DNA from: Lytechinus pictus
Lineage: Eukaryota
Assembly: GCF_037042905.1 (NCBI RefSeq)
Contig: NC_087251.1
Span: 34,412,001-34,476,000 of the forward strand
Direction of reading: 5' to 3'
Length of the DNA stretch: 64,000 nucleotides
Below the pieces are notes generated by a model, which searched no databases, was not told the DNA's origin, and was given only the letters and a program-made list of their open reading frames with translations. This document shows, piece by piece, positions 11,728 through 23,795 of the stretch (within the stretch, counting starts at the first letter, position 1; each line of letters starts with the position of its first letter). Both the position numbers and the translations under genes were made by a program.

Positions 11728-12172
11728 CTGTATTCAGACCGACTTGAACACCAGAATACCAGTTGAATTATGAGAACAAGCCTAAAAATATACAGTAATT
11801 ATTTTTCGCATTCATGCCAACCCAAAGCAGACTGTTTTTGGGGTAAGTTCTCGTAGCAATGTGCACGTGCAGCATGGTCTGATTAGCAGGCGAGGCGCCG
11901 ACATCGAACTACCTGATGGGTTGAGTAAGTACTTGTAATTTGCTTTCATACTGCCAAAATACCCATGACCTTGGAAAAAAAAACCTCTGAAAGTTCTCAT
12001 AATTTCAGAAAGTACCAACTATTTAGCAGGTATTTTCTTTCGGGGATATTATAGGCTTATTCTCCTTTCAAATCAGAAAAAATATGTTGTATTTCCTGAT
12101 GGGGGAGATCAGGAAAAATTTCCCGATCAGAGAATATCTGGTATTCTCAAACTTTGCGGCAGTCTGAATGTG
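11728..12172. mobile_element. Degenerate copy of the Harbinger-like MITE family also at 54000-54477
   Basis: Shares GGTATTTTCTTTCGGGGATATTA, TTTCCCGATCAGAGAATA and ACCTTGGAAAAA with the 54-kb copy. Confidence 0.6.
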
Positions 12173-13721
12173 CCTAAATTTATCCCTGGAATGGATGTAC
12201 AAGGGTTTACTCAGCAAACTTGGTCCGGTCATTAATGTCTGAAGGAGCCTGAAAATTCAGAATAATAAAAAGAATGTGCTTGTTTTTTCTTGTAGTCTTT
12301 TGATTAAAACAAAGCCGAGTGTTTGTAGAGTACTGAAACATCAATTTGTGTCAGGACAGGTAATCGAACGGAACAAAGAAGGGGTGGGATGTTCCGTAGA
12401 AGATTCGCTCCTGATTAAATTGTGCTGCTGCCGTGGTGACGTAAATCCTAAGATTGTTTGAACCGGGGTGCAGGCTCTTAGGTTACTGCCCTAGATCGTG
12501 GCAAATTTAGTTTGGCATGGAGAACCAGAGCTTCTAGAAACTTAATCATTGCCTCATGGAAAGGAAGATTGTGTTAGCATGGGTCCGTGGGATAATTTGA
12601 GAAGGTTTAGAGAAAGAAAATCTTGGAAAAGGGGCTTAATTTTGGTTTCTACATGTCTGTTAAAATGGACCTGCAGAGGGTAATTGTCTTTTTGGTGCAC
12701 ATTGACTGAGGTCATTGGGCTATATTCTGTTTCATTGGATTTGCCTTCCTCAGATTTAAAACAGCACAGCATTTGGAATATATTGTGAATAATCTACTTG
12801 CAGATTAACTTTAAAAAGTGAATCATTTGACCATTTTTCTCATCTGCCTCTGCTCCACATTTTGCTTATAATTACAGAAGAGAGAAATGCCTGTTATTTA
12901 TAAAGGAGCAGTTTTAAATTGGACTGTAAATACATAGAGTATGTATTTTAGGTCGAGATGTTATGGCTACCTGTGTAGATCTACTCAGTTGTCATGTACA
13001 ATGTAGTAAATGTGTTTGAAAATTGAAATAATTCCACTGAAATTAAGGTTTGAAAAAGTGTTTATGGGCAGTTAGGGTTTCCTTCTTAAGATGAAATTTT
13101 GAGAATGTGCATTGTGTACATGGTAACCTATTACGTACTATTATATGTATGTTGTAGTTTTTTTTTAAAGGAAATCTTGGTGTTTAATGCAGCTTCTGAA
13201 TTTACCATGTAATGTAAAATATGGAGAGAAGTCCTTGAAGAAACCAAGAATTGTGGGTAGCCTCTTGGCTTGTATTGATTTGTCCTGGATATGTCGAGGG
13301 CAGCAGACTCATCGATTATACCTGTGTGTACACTGTTACCGTTTAAAGGTAACATAGAAGGGTCATCGTGTCATAGCAACCAGCAGGGCATGCTTTTGGA
13401 TGCACTTCAAAAACTAATCTAATGACCAGAAATAACCGCTTCCCCGACATCTTTTTTCGATGTCATAACTTCGTACAGGGTTCTTGGCTGTATCAAATAT
13501 TATATTTGCATTGACATTTATCTCTTTTTTTGGGGGGAGGGGATTTACATATGTAAGTGCAATCACCTTTGTATCTTAAAAGACAACTGATACTTACATG
13601 GTTAGCAGTTTCTGGTATGAAGTTGGTCAACATTATTTTGGATTTAATTGTTGCCCATAATTAAAAAAAAATACTTCAGTGGCTGCACTTTTCTACTACT
13701 TCTGCTAGGGCTGCTGATATT

Positions 13722-13955
13722 TTTCTTCTTCTCCTCTGCCACCAACTCCTCTTTCTTCTCCTCCTCCTCCTTCTTCTCCTTCTTCTTCTACTTTTCTTCT
13801 TCTTCTTCTCCTCCTCCTCCTTCTTTTTTTTCTTCTTCTTCTTCTCCTCCTCCTACTTCTTCCTCTTCTTCTTCCTCTTCTTCACCTCCTCCTCCTCTTT
13901 CTCCTCCTTCCCTTCCCTTCCCCTCCCCCTTCTCCCTCCCAATTCTCTTCTTTCT
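13722..13955 (+). repeat. (CTT/CCT)n low-complexity pyrimidine tract
   Basis: Direct reading. Confidence 0.85.
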
Positions 13956-14339
13956 TTTGCTTCACCTTCACAGTTCACTCTATAGTTTGACTATAGTGGC
14001 CAGTCATACTCTGGGTTTCAGTAGTAAATTTGTTTTCAAAAATTTCCAATGGCTAAAAAAATGTCAGGTTTAAATCCAAATGCAATGATAATATTTTGTG
14101 AAATTACGCCACAAAACCATAGTTTGTTTTTGCTTGCTATACGATGTTTGTAGTATAGACAATGACAGAAGGTATTAATACATGCTGCTGCCAGTGTACT
14201 CACTTTATAAGCAAAACACTTAATGAGGCAGTGACTGATAGTGACTTTGTGAAGTACCAATTGATGTCCAACAGAACGTCAGCCGGTCAGGATCTAAAGA
14301 GGTCTTGAGCGGTTAGACTGGTCAACGTATATCTCTGAG

Positions 14340-14432
14340 TAAGAGAGGAGATGGATGGAGAAAATGGAGAAGATAAAGAAAGTGTGAGAAAGATGGAGAG
14401 AGCAATGAAATGAAGCAAGAATGAAGGAGGAG

Positions 14433-14473
<41 letters not shown>

Positions 14474-14700
14474 GAAATAATGAAGTGGTAAAACATTGAA
14501 CGATGGAGATGATAAGAAAAGAAGTGAGAGAAAGAGAGGGCTAGAAAAAATGGAGAAGAGATGAGAGAATGAAAAAGAAGAAAAGAAAGAAGAGATAGGA
14601 AAGATGGAGAGGACTAGAAGAAAAGAGAGCTTTTAAAGATGAAGAGAATGAAAAGAAATGAGACAGAACAGAGAGAGAGAGATGAAATAGAAGCAAGAAC
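14340..14700 (+). repeat. GA-rich low-complexity region with (GT)n(GA)n microsatellite
   Basis: Direct reading. Confidence 0.8.
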
Positions 14701-15019
14701 GATCGAACACTCATTATTCCATGGAGTATAATTACAGAGCAAACCGAAATTATATCAAAAAGTAAAACTTATAGAATGGTAATTCGTAGTGTAATTTTTG
14801 TTTGGTCCCTGGCACTTAGATTGATTTTTATTCTAAGACATTTAGAGTGAAAGAAAAAGGAAAATATCACAGATTTTGAATACAATAAAGAAGAGATGAG
14901 AGAATAAATAATAAGATAGAGAGAGGAAAGGTTTACAGTATAACAGTGAAAACCTTCAAATAGATTGGGGATGAGAATTATTGACAAATTGTTCATGACT
15001 AATTTCAACAATGGTTTTT

Positions 15020-17033
15020 GAAAGTTTATGGATCTGACTCATGAAACTTGGACATAAGAGTAATCAAGTATCACTGAACATCCTGTGCGAGTTTCAGGTC
15101 ACATGATCAAGGTCAAAGGTCATGTAAGGTCAATGAACTTTGGCCATGTTTTTTTTTTTTTTGGAATTACCATCATATCTCTGTAAGTGTATTGGTCTAG
15201 ATCATAAAACGTGGACATAAGAGTAACCAAGTATCACTGAACATCTTGTGCGAGTTTCAGGTCACATGACTAAGGTCAAAGGTCAATGGATATTGGCCAT
15301 GTTGGGGGTATTTGTTGAATTACCATCATAACTCTGTAAGTATATTGGTCTAGTTCATAAAACTTGGACATAAGAGTTGTAAAGTATCACTGAATATCTC
15401 CTGTGAGTTTCAGGTCACATGACTAAAGTCAAAGGTCATTTAAGGTCATTGAACTTTGGCCATTTTAGAGGTAATTAGTAGATTGCTGTCATAACTTTCA
15501 AAGTTTATAGATATAGTGTATAAAATGTGGATATAGGGGTTATCACGAATTCGTAAGTTCTGACACGTTGTTGCAATGAACTACAAGGAAGGCATCTGTG
15601 AACTATATGCTCCCATTTATTAGATTATGTCTAATAACATTGTAGTGTTCAGTTATTCAACAACTGTGTGAGATTCCTGTAAATAAACAATAAAGGATAA
15701 ACATATCTTAGTAAAGAAAGCATTTCTGTACATGTATCATCATTCTTTCCCAAAATATTCATTAAAGACATAAGGAATAATCAATCATGCCTTTTAACCA
15801 TTTTGCTGTCAAAGGTAGAATTTAACTGAAAGTAATAAGAGAGAATTAATGAAACTTTCCTAATTCAGTCTTAATATCATTTTTCCCAATTCCAACAAAT
15901 CTACCCTATATGAAAAGATATCATAATTATCTAGCAACAAACATCTGTGAAAAATATATTTGTCTTCAAAATAACAAAAGGTATAGATTTAATCATTTAA
16001 ATCTCTAAAACTGTAACAGAAAATTCCTATTGTTTTGTTTCCCTTCTGAATCAATAAAATTCACTTGAAAAACAATTATCAATATTAGTGGTGATTGAAT
16101 TATTATTTCACGAATTTTGTGTAAGCAATGTAATTTTAAAGACATCAGTTCTAAGTAACAAGAATTAACTGTAAGACAACATTAACTATCAATACTACTG
16201 AAAGATAAACAATAACGTCATGAAACCCTGCTATAACACGTGTAAACTCCGGGCGGCGGATCACACCGAAATTCCTGGAAATATCAATCCGCGAGCCAAC
16301 TCGCACGTAAGTTTGTGACCATACCACATCAAATGAGTAGGAAAAATAGTGCATAACTAAACTGGCTTGTAAATATGTTAAACAACAATAAATCCTATAA
16401 ACTTAGATTTAAGAAAATACTCTAAATTCGTAGAGTCATAATCATGAGTACATCTTAAGAATTGCGTGTCACAAGACAACATTTTGAAGATATCGACTGC
16501 AGAGAACTTCCGCGTGTATTCAAGATACGCAAGGTCCTTCGTTGGGAAGTGTGATGGATTTTCAAAGTATAATCTAAACCTAAATCTCTTCAACAAGGTA
16601 TTTAAAAGAGGAATACAAAGATACTAATAAACTACACATTCTCATTAAATCTACAAAAGTTTTTGAGCAAATCTCAACATACCTTGCATAGCATAAAGCG
16701 TGAAAACTAAGGAAATCTTGTGATCAATCGAATGAAGCAAACTGCTGTGATTTTACGAACTTGTGTTGTTCTAACTAGTCTACATACAAGGACACGCGCA
16801 AGCGCACAATTTAAAAATACACATATACTTCAACATGTCATGACAGGGGTAATCAAGTATCCCTGACAAGTTTTAGGTCACATTATCAAGGTCAAATGTC
16901 AATGAACGTAGTATTGTATCATATGAATGGTGTTTTTTGTGAATAATTATTAAAAGGTTGTTTTTAAATTCAGCACTGCTGCTATATTGAATCGCATGAT
17001 GCAGGTGAGACCGCCAGAGGCATTCCACTTGTT
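15020..17033. mobile_element. Helentron/HINE-like element with an internal tandem array (unit about 150-170 bp), interrupted by a nested insertion
   Basis: About four units of AAACTTGGACATAAGAG..AAGTATCACTGAA..GAGTTTCAGGTCACATGA..AAGGTCAAAGGTCA. Terminus ...CCGCCAGAGGCATTCCACTTGTT. Classification is inferred from the architecture (internal tandem repeats, no TIR/TSD). Confidence 0.55.
15541..16845. mobile_element. 1.3-kb nested insertion with 5-bp TSD GGGGT (solo-LTR-like, or a TG..CA DNA element)
   Basis: GGGGT at 15536-15540 and 16846-16850. Ends are TATCACGA.. and ..TCATGACA (TG..CA with one mismatch). Excision restores a unit of the host tandem array (GGATATAGGGGTAATCAAGTATC). Confidence 0.65.
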
Positions 17034-17105
17034 AAAATATACACTTCATTCCATGTCATTGTCTGATACATACATGCAACTTTTAATTTTCTCTTTATTA
17101 TCCAG

Positions 17106-17212
17106 GATACATGTCACACTTTAAAGGAATGTTTTGGGATTAATGATACTGAAGACCAGATGATTGATATCCAGTTAAAACCGATCCAGATTCAACAAGG
17201 GGTTAAAATCAG
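17106..17212 (+). CDS. EYS: Exon 3 of EYS-like gene: DTCHTLKECFGINDTEDQMIDIQLKPIQIQQGVKI(R)
   Basis: Pyrimidine tract plus TCCAG acceptor, 107 nt, donor CAG|GTAAGC, phase 0-2. C-x5-C and PIQIQQG resemble the recalled EYS motif C..C..PLQIQLG. Confidence 0.85.
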
Positions 17213-20200
17213 GTAAGCTTATAAGATGGAGAACAGCTCAATTTTAATGTCAGTCAGATTGTGTCAATTTTTACTGGATAGTTGCAGAGTGCAGGGAGAT
17301 CGAGCTTCCAACCAGTAATAATAATGGATATTTAGAGGCGCTAAACACAAAAAGTACCATAGCTTCTACAATGTATGAATGATAATTTAACATTTGCAAT
17401 AATAACCACAATATTCAAGATAAAAAGGGAAATTAAACCAATATGATTTTATCATATTTTGTATGCTTATTCAGTGACAATAGAACAATACAATATTTTC
17501 TCGATTATAAGTAGTTTTTGCCTTGAAACGTGCATACTTCAGGAACAACTCTCTGACAAAATTCCTTTTTGTCTTGCATGCTAACAGATGTGTAATATAG
17601 ATGTTGCTTTTACATAACCGGTGGTGGTGGTGTTGTCACCATAAAATCTTAACCAAGATTTGTTTTGGTGGGTTTTCGATTTTTGTCTACATAACGGTGC
17701 ACATTGTAATATAAAATACCAGGGGGCTAAAAGATTTCATGACTGCATCATCTCTTTACTGTAGCATCGTACATATCGTACATATTAGCAATCACATTGC
17801 AAGAGAAGATGAAGAAATCATTCTCTTTTCCATGCTGAATATTTATTTCGGCATCCAAACAGCATGCAATAGTATATAGAACTTGTAGCACACCCTGGCA
17901 GTGGAGCTGGAGGCTAAAAATTGACTTTTCCCAACGGTAATCAATAAAAGGTGAATATTAGATTAACGGATGATTGCAATCATATATACTGCGATATACT
18001 TTCGCTAATCTCCACGACAAATCTAGTCATGGGTATTACAAACACCTCGCTCCCCGACTTGGAAGAGGGTTGAGCACACATGCATGACATTTTTGCAGCT
18101 CAAACTTCTCATAAATCTACTACTGCTACTCGTGTTACCTTTGATTGTACATACGGTACTTCTGTTCATTTCTATCGGCCTGCTCCTCTCATTTCATCAG
18201 TTTTCTAGTTCAAATTCCCTAAAGCTGTTTCACCTTTTGATATGGCCAAGATTGTAAAAAGGTATGGTAGTGGATTGTATTACTGAACACTTTTCATGAA
18301 TTCAATCATATCAAACACATTCTCATAAAATTCACCAAAACTTTCACCATAAATACACAATTACCTACAAAATATAGATATGTAAAAATTTTACCGAAAT
18401 TGTGTTTTCCTTTTTACAATATTAGCTTCCAATCGGACCCCTCTTAGCATGTGAAATATTTTGTTCACTTGAAAAAGGTATCGTATTACCGAACGTGTGA
18501 TTTCTATGGGAAAGTTGAGAAAACAAAAAAATCACTGATGAGCTATTTTGACCACATTTTATGATTTTTAGAATATTAAGACTTTGTAAATGTGTTTTTG
18601 ACAATTTTTCATCATCTTTCTATTCAAGTTCCCTTTGGAAGGATGTTGCAAAGTTTTGAGCGTATGAAATTATTTTCTGACGTGTACGATGCGCAAGTTC
18701 GGTACTACAAGGTCGGTCGGTAATACGATTACTTACTATATAAGATTGACTTGGAATGGGGTATCCTTTTTTTTTCATTTAGAAATCCACCAAGTAGTCT
18801 GGGGACTTTTTTCAGTCAAGTGAAAAAGTCAGTTTGTTATGACTATCAGGCTTGTGCAAGAAGACTGTTATTTCCCTATATGTCACAAATGTCCCTTTTC
18901 CAGAAAGCTGTTTTCTGAATGGGTTCCATACTACACTGTATAAATGTCTATCTCATACAATAATTTCAAATATATTTCAAATATATAAATAATCTCAAAC
19001 AAGAAATTTTTTTTTTTTGCCTTTAGTGTAGTAAAATTGTGCTTTCACATGCTTGTGTCCTACATGCACCAATTTCTGTGCACAGAGATTTTAGCTTACA
19101 GATTTAAATCCTTTATAAAATAGATAAGATAACCATATACATATGTACAGTATGATACATACATCACATGTACAATGTAGCAAAGGCTGCATGAATTTAA
19201 ATGAAGGAAAACAAAGACTTTACCAGTCATCATTCTGTCAATTTGCACTTTTGGGTTTCATTTTGCCACTACCATTCTCTTTTCTACCATGTGTTCACGA
19301 AGACGCGCAGAAAGCGGTTATTGCCACGTGCAAGAGTAAGGAAATGTGCAATTTTCTCTCTATTTGCACCTACCTCCAATAATGGCTGGGAGCTACATGT
19401 ATGGGATTTGTTGCAATTCTAAACAGACCCCTTTGGCTAATATTACACACTCTGTTTGCGATGACGACAGTGGAAGAAACATTTTATGTATTGTACGGCA
19501 GAGTTGTCTTCCATGCTTTCTAAATTGGTGTATCTCTTTATGAGAAATTTAAAGAGGGGCATCCATTATGCAATTAAGTTATTTTGCTTGCTTGTTAATT
19601 TGGTAGATCTTTTCTATGTATGGAGTTGAATGGGAATATATTAAAGAAGAATACAGATGGGGAAAGAGAGAGAAGATGGCATGAAGGAAGAGTAGGAGGA
19701 GGAGGGGGAGGAGGAAGAGGAGGATTAATATATCATATTTGAGCCTTCACAGGGAGTTGGTGAATCAAATACATCAATAAATTGAGAAATTAATTATCAA
19801 TTCAGATTAACATAATAATCGAGGAGTACTGACAATTCAGGACGATAGTGTATACATGTACATTATGAAGAAATGACTGACTTACAAACTAAAAAAACAT
19901 AATTTTCACTCAACTGCACAGTAAATTTCAAGGATTCAAGGTGAATCCAGATCAGCTTTGAATAGTGACCAATCTAATAGTAGATTTAGATTTAAATCTT
20001 GTAGATTTGTAAATATAAAGTTAAAATATTTAAATTAGAATATTTTGATATTTAAAAGTTAATCCTTAAAATTCAAATAAATCCAATATTTTCAGCCGAT
20101 CTGGATTCATTTTAATTCCTTGAAATTTCAAGTGTAGGAGTAGAAGTAGGCTTCAAGTACAGTGCACATGTATTAAATTCATTTATGCACATAATGTGTA

Positions 20201-20695
20201 TGAGCAAGATTGTGTTTCATTTGTCTTTGGCACATGACTGTGGATTGTTAATATAAGATAAATAAGCCACAAAGACAGGCCGGGGTCTACTCAAGAAGGG
20301 TGTATGGAGGAGATGCATGAAGGAAAACAGACGGCTCATGAATGTCTTCTGGGGTTTGAGTTGTAATGGCTCCCATGCTGTTTGAGGAGTATCCAGTGTT
20401 GCAGATGGAGTGGAAAAGTAGAATGTTTGAGAAGCTTTTTGTCAGTTCAGCTGCGTCTTCTGGATGTCAGATGTGACAAGTCACTTTATGAGTCGAGAGA
20501 ACAAATGCTGCATTAATTAGCATTTCGGGGTGATGTCAAAACTTTGGAGTGATCAGAATTTTATAATATGAAAAAAAATGTCTTATTCCATCACATGTTT
20601 ACTTTGAAAGTTTTATTTTACATTAGGCTAGCAATGAAAGTTTTCTGATTGTGAAAAAAGGACTCGGATTATATACAACCAGAGTATTTATTATA

Positions 20696-21929
20696 CCGTA
20701 AGTAACGGTGTATTAACCGCACCCCCCATTTTCGGATGGAAAAAAAAAAAAAAAAAAATCATCAAAAAAAAAAAAAAAAAAAAAATTCACAAAATTTTTT
20801 AAATCAAACTTACCGTACTTTCTATCTCTAATATGCGTATTTAAGAAAGAGTCAAGAACCAAAAAATATCGAAGAATTACTGGTAAAAAATGATGGGAAA
20901 TCAGCGCTTCGTCACTTATCTGCAAGTTGCCGACATATTGGCCACTTCCACACTCACCTCACACACACACATATGGTACCGGTGTTCATTGCAAGTACCG
21001 ATACCAGCATCAACATGGGGGCTCACCCATACGAGAAGATCGTTCATATCATATTTCCTGCATCACAGCCCCACTTTTGCTTTCAGAATTCTGTCTAGCA
21101 TTCAATGTCTTGACATGAATTTTAGACAAGGGAATTCGGGAAGGTTCAAGATACGAGAAATTTGCGATTTTGTTCAGGTGTTTTTCTTGTCTGCTTTGAA
21201 CCACTACCGGTAGTTCTCAGTACGTGTGTGGCGGTATCTTACAGACAGCAAAATAGGGGAAAAAAATGCTAGTACCGCTATACCGTATTTTCAATGGGAG
21301 CTCTGGGCGGGAATAAAGTGAATAATATAATTAAAAATAAAAAGTCGGAAGGAGTGAAGATGGGGATTGAAGATTGATTTTGAGATGATGGATGATAGAG
21401 AGAAATGAAGGAAAGGCAAATGAAAGAAATTAATTGTCAAATAATACCAATAATTTGTCAAACAAAATAACTTCCACGGAAAGGTAAAGCGCCAGCTTAC
21501 GTTGACGTTGCGATAAATATTACACATGTATGTCTTATTCGGCTAGCTGCACCGCGCTGTGCGATCGATTGGCGTCTGAACTTTGCCGCGATGACTAAAA
21601 AATGACAACAAAGACAGAGTCACACCATTAAAAAAAAAGTCAGTTTCATGAAGGTAGGTGCGTTTGTTACCGTGATATAACTTTGAGGGACATTTACGGC
21701 AGATACCGGTAGTCATAGTTGCTTCCCTTTTATACCCGTGGCTCATACCCCTCTAAACGGGATTGCCCCAAGCGGCTACGCTCGGCCACCCGACGCGAGT
21801 TGTACACTGGTAGTGGTATCGGGCTGAGATTGGCTTGGCTCAGACCTGTCACCGTGTATAAACCGCACCCCCGACTTTTGATTCTGTCCCGCCGAGAAAA
21901 AGGTGCGGTTAATACACCGTTACTTACGG
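20696..21929. mobile_element. Tc1/mariner-superfamily (Tc2/pogo-type CCGTA termini) non-autonomous element
   Basis: Perfect 28-bp TIRs CCGTAAGTAACGGTGTATTAACCGCACC, TA on both sides, a subterminal partial TIR copy near 21850, and no transposase ORF. Confidence 0.85.
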
Positions 21930-23666
21930 TAAACAACCAGCTAATACTTTTCAGTATTAAATACATGTACTTTGTGGTGAAATAAATTTATTACTGGAAA
22001 TAATATAGTTACAGCCCTACTCCTAGTGATTATTCATTTTTGGTTAAGTATATTAGGACCTATACTAGCAAACGACAAATATAGTGTATATAAGATTTTG
22101 TCAAACAAAAGAAACGCTCTACATGTAGGAGGAACAGTTCTAAGTACACAGTAGAGTGTTCCCCTTTTGAAATATTTATATTTGAAATATCAGGTTTTAG
22201 TACATTTTTTAAATTTTCATACATGTACAGAGTACAGACAATAAATCCAATCAACCAAAAATGTTCTCTAAGCATTTGCAAGATCTATAACTTGGCTTAC
22301 ACATTAAATGAGATGTTCAGAGAAATTCTCAATGTAATCTAGTAAATTTAGTAACTCTACACATGGGATGAGAACATTTCCTTCAAGTTATTGGTTCTTG
22401 ATCCGTGTCCCCAAAATAGCAGCACTCACTCAAATTGTTTAGTTGTACATTCTGAACAAATTGGCGCTGATGTAGAAGATGGGTGTGAAATTGACTTTCT
22501 AGGAACAATGAAAGGAGAGTGAGATCTGGTTGTAGCAGTTACAATTTGCCCCTTCCAATCTCTTGTAAAATCCAAGATCTTGTTATAAAATCTTAGAGTC
22601 AGGCTCATCTCGTTCAGGAGATAGTCCCTGTAATGTATTCCCTTATTTGATCAGATATTCTTCCTATCCATCAATGCAAGCGGTAGTAATCCCCTACGAC
22701 GATGAGAGATCTCACCAACCATCACTATCTTCCTGTAATATCCTGAAGAAGAAAAGCATTATCTGCTCTGCTCCTAGTTCGCTGTGCAAACCCTTCACAC
22801 CAGGAAAATGGTCTGAAAATGCAGCCTAAAGTCCCTGGCAGTGACTTGTGCGCAGGAGGTCTCTCTCATTTAGGAATTGAAACAGCAAGTTGTATTTGTG
22901 CTAGTCTTGTGTGAAGACCCACTTGTTTATCAAAGTTTCAACCAGGGTCTGTGCCTGCAGACTACTCTGCTCTTAGTATAATTATGAACCTGTAATATGT
23001 AGAAGCCTTTTTTTTCTGACACCTGCCGTTCCCCTTTAAAGTTGCCTGCCCATCTCTTGTTGGCTACTGTCGCTTGTTATCCTAGGTGATATTCTTCAGC
23101 AATTGCCTTCCTTACCAATGAATCTATTGCATATTAAGGGCGGTGTTGGAAGTGTAAAAACCTTCCCCATACTGTGTATCATCCTAAATTGGTTGCCAGA
23201 GCAAATTTATCCAACCCGTTATGCCTAGTACATGAAGTGTTGCAGGAAAGTGGTCCACTTCGGCGCTTCACTCCAAGTTTCTCTCGCCCTCAGTCACGAC
23301 ATAAAATCGTGTGCAAACAGCCTGCCGTTGGCAATTAGATAACGCTCAACTTGGTTGATCTATTTTTCATAAAAGCGAGCCCTTCTATAAACTGTGTCCC
23401 CTTTTCAATTAAGTTTTCAGCAGTCATCTGCGTTGATTGTGTGTGGGTTAGTGCTTAGATGATTTGCTGACGCCTTCCTGTTTTTCTTTGTCCAAAGTAT
23501 AATCTACTATCATCATGTGGTAATTCATCAAGCTGTTTGTAAAGATATACTTTACGTGTGACTGACTGACTGGGACATGTTCTCTTAAGTCAGCTTTATA
23601 CATAGGAATATACCATTTAGCACAGAAAGGGTCACCATTCATGCATAATGTCATTCATAACACCTG

Positions 23667-23795
23667 GGGCCCGTAACACAAATCTTAGCAATGATTGTAG
23701 AACATTTTTCTATGATTGATTCCATTGACTACAATGTACAATCAATCGTGAAAATCAAGCGTACGATCAATTGCTAACCTTTGTGTTACGGGACC
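23667..23795. mobile_element. Small Harbinger-like MITE (CWG target)
   Basis: CTG|GGGCCCGTAACACAAA...TTTGTGTTACGGGACC|CAG. Confidence 0.7.

Noticed and set aside
13648..14073. 141-aa Ser/Pro/Phe-rich ORF
   Set aside because: It arises from a CTT/CCT low-complexity tract, with no splice or homology support.
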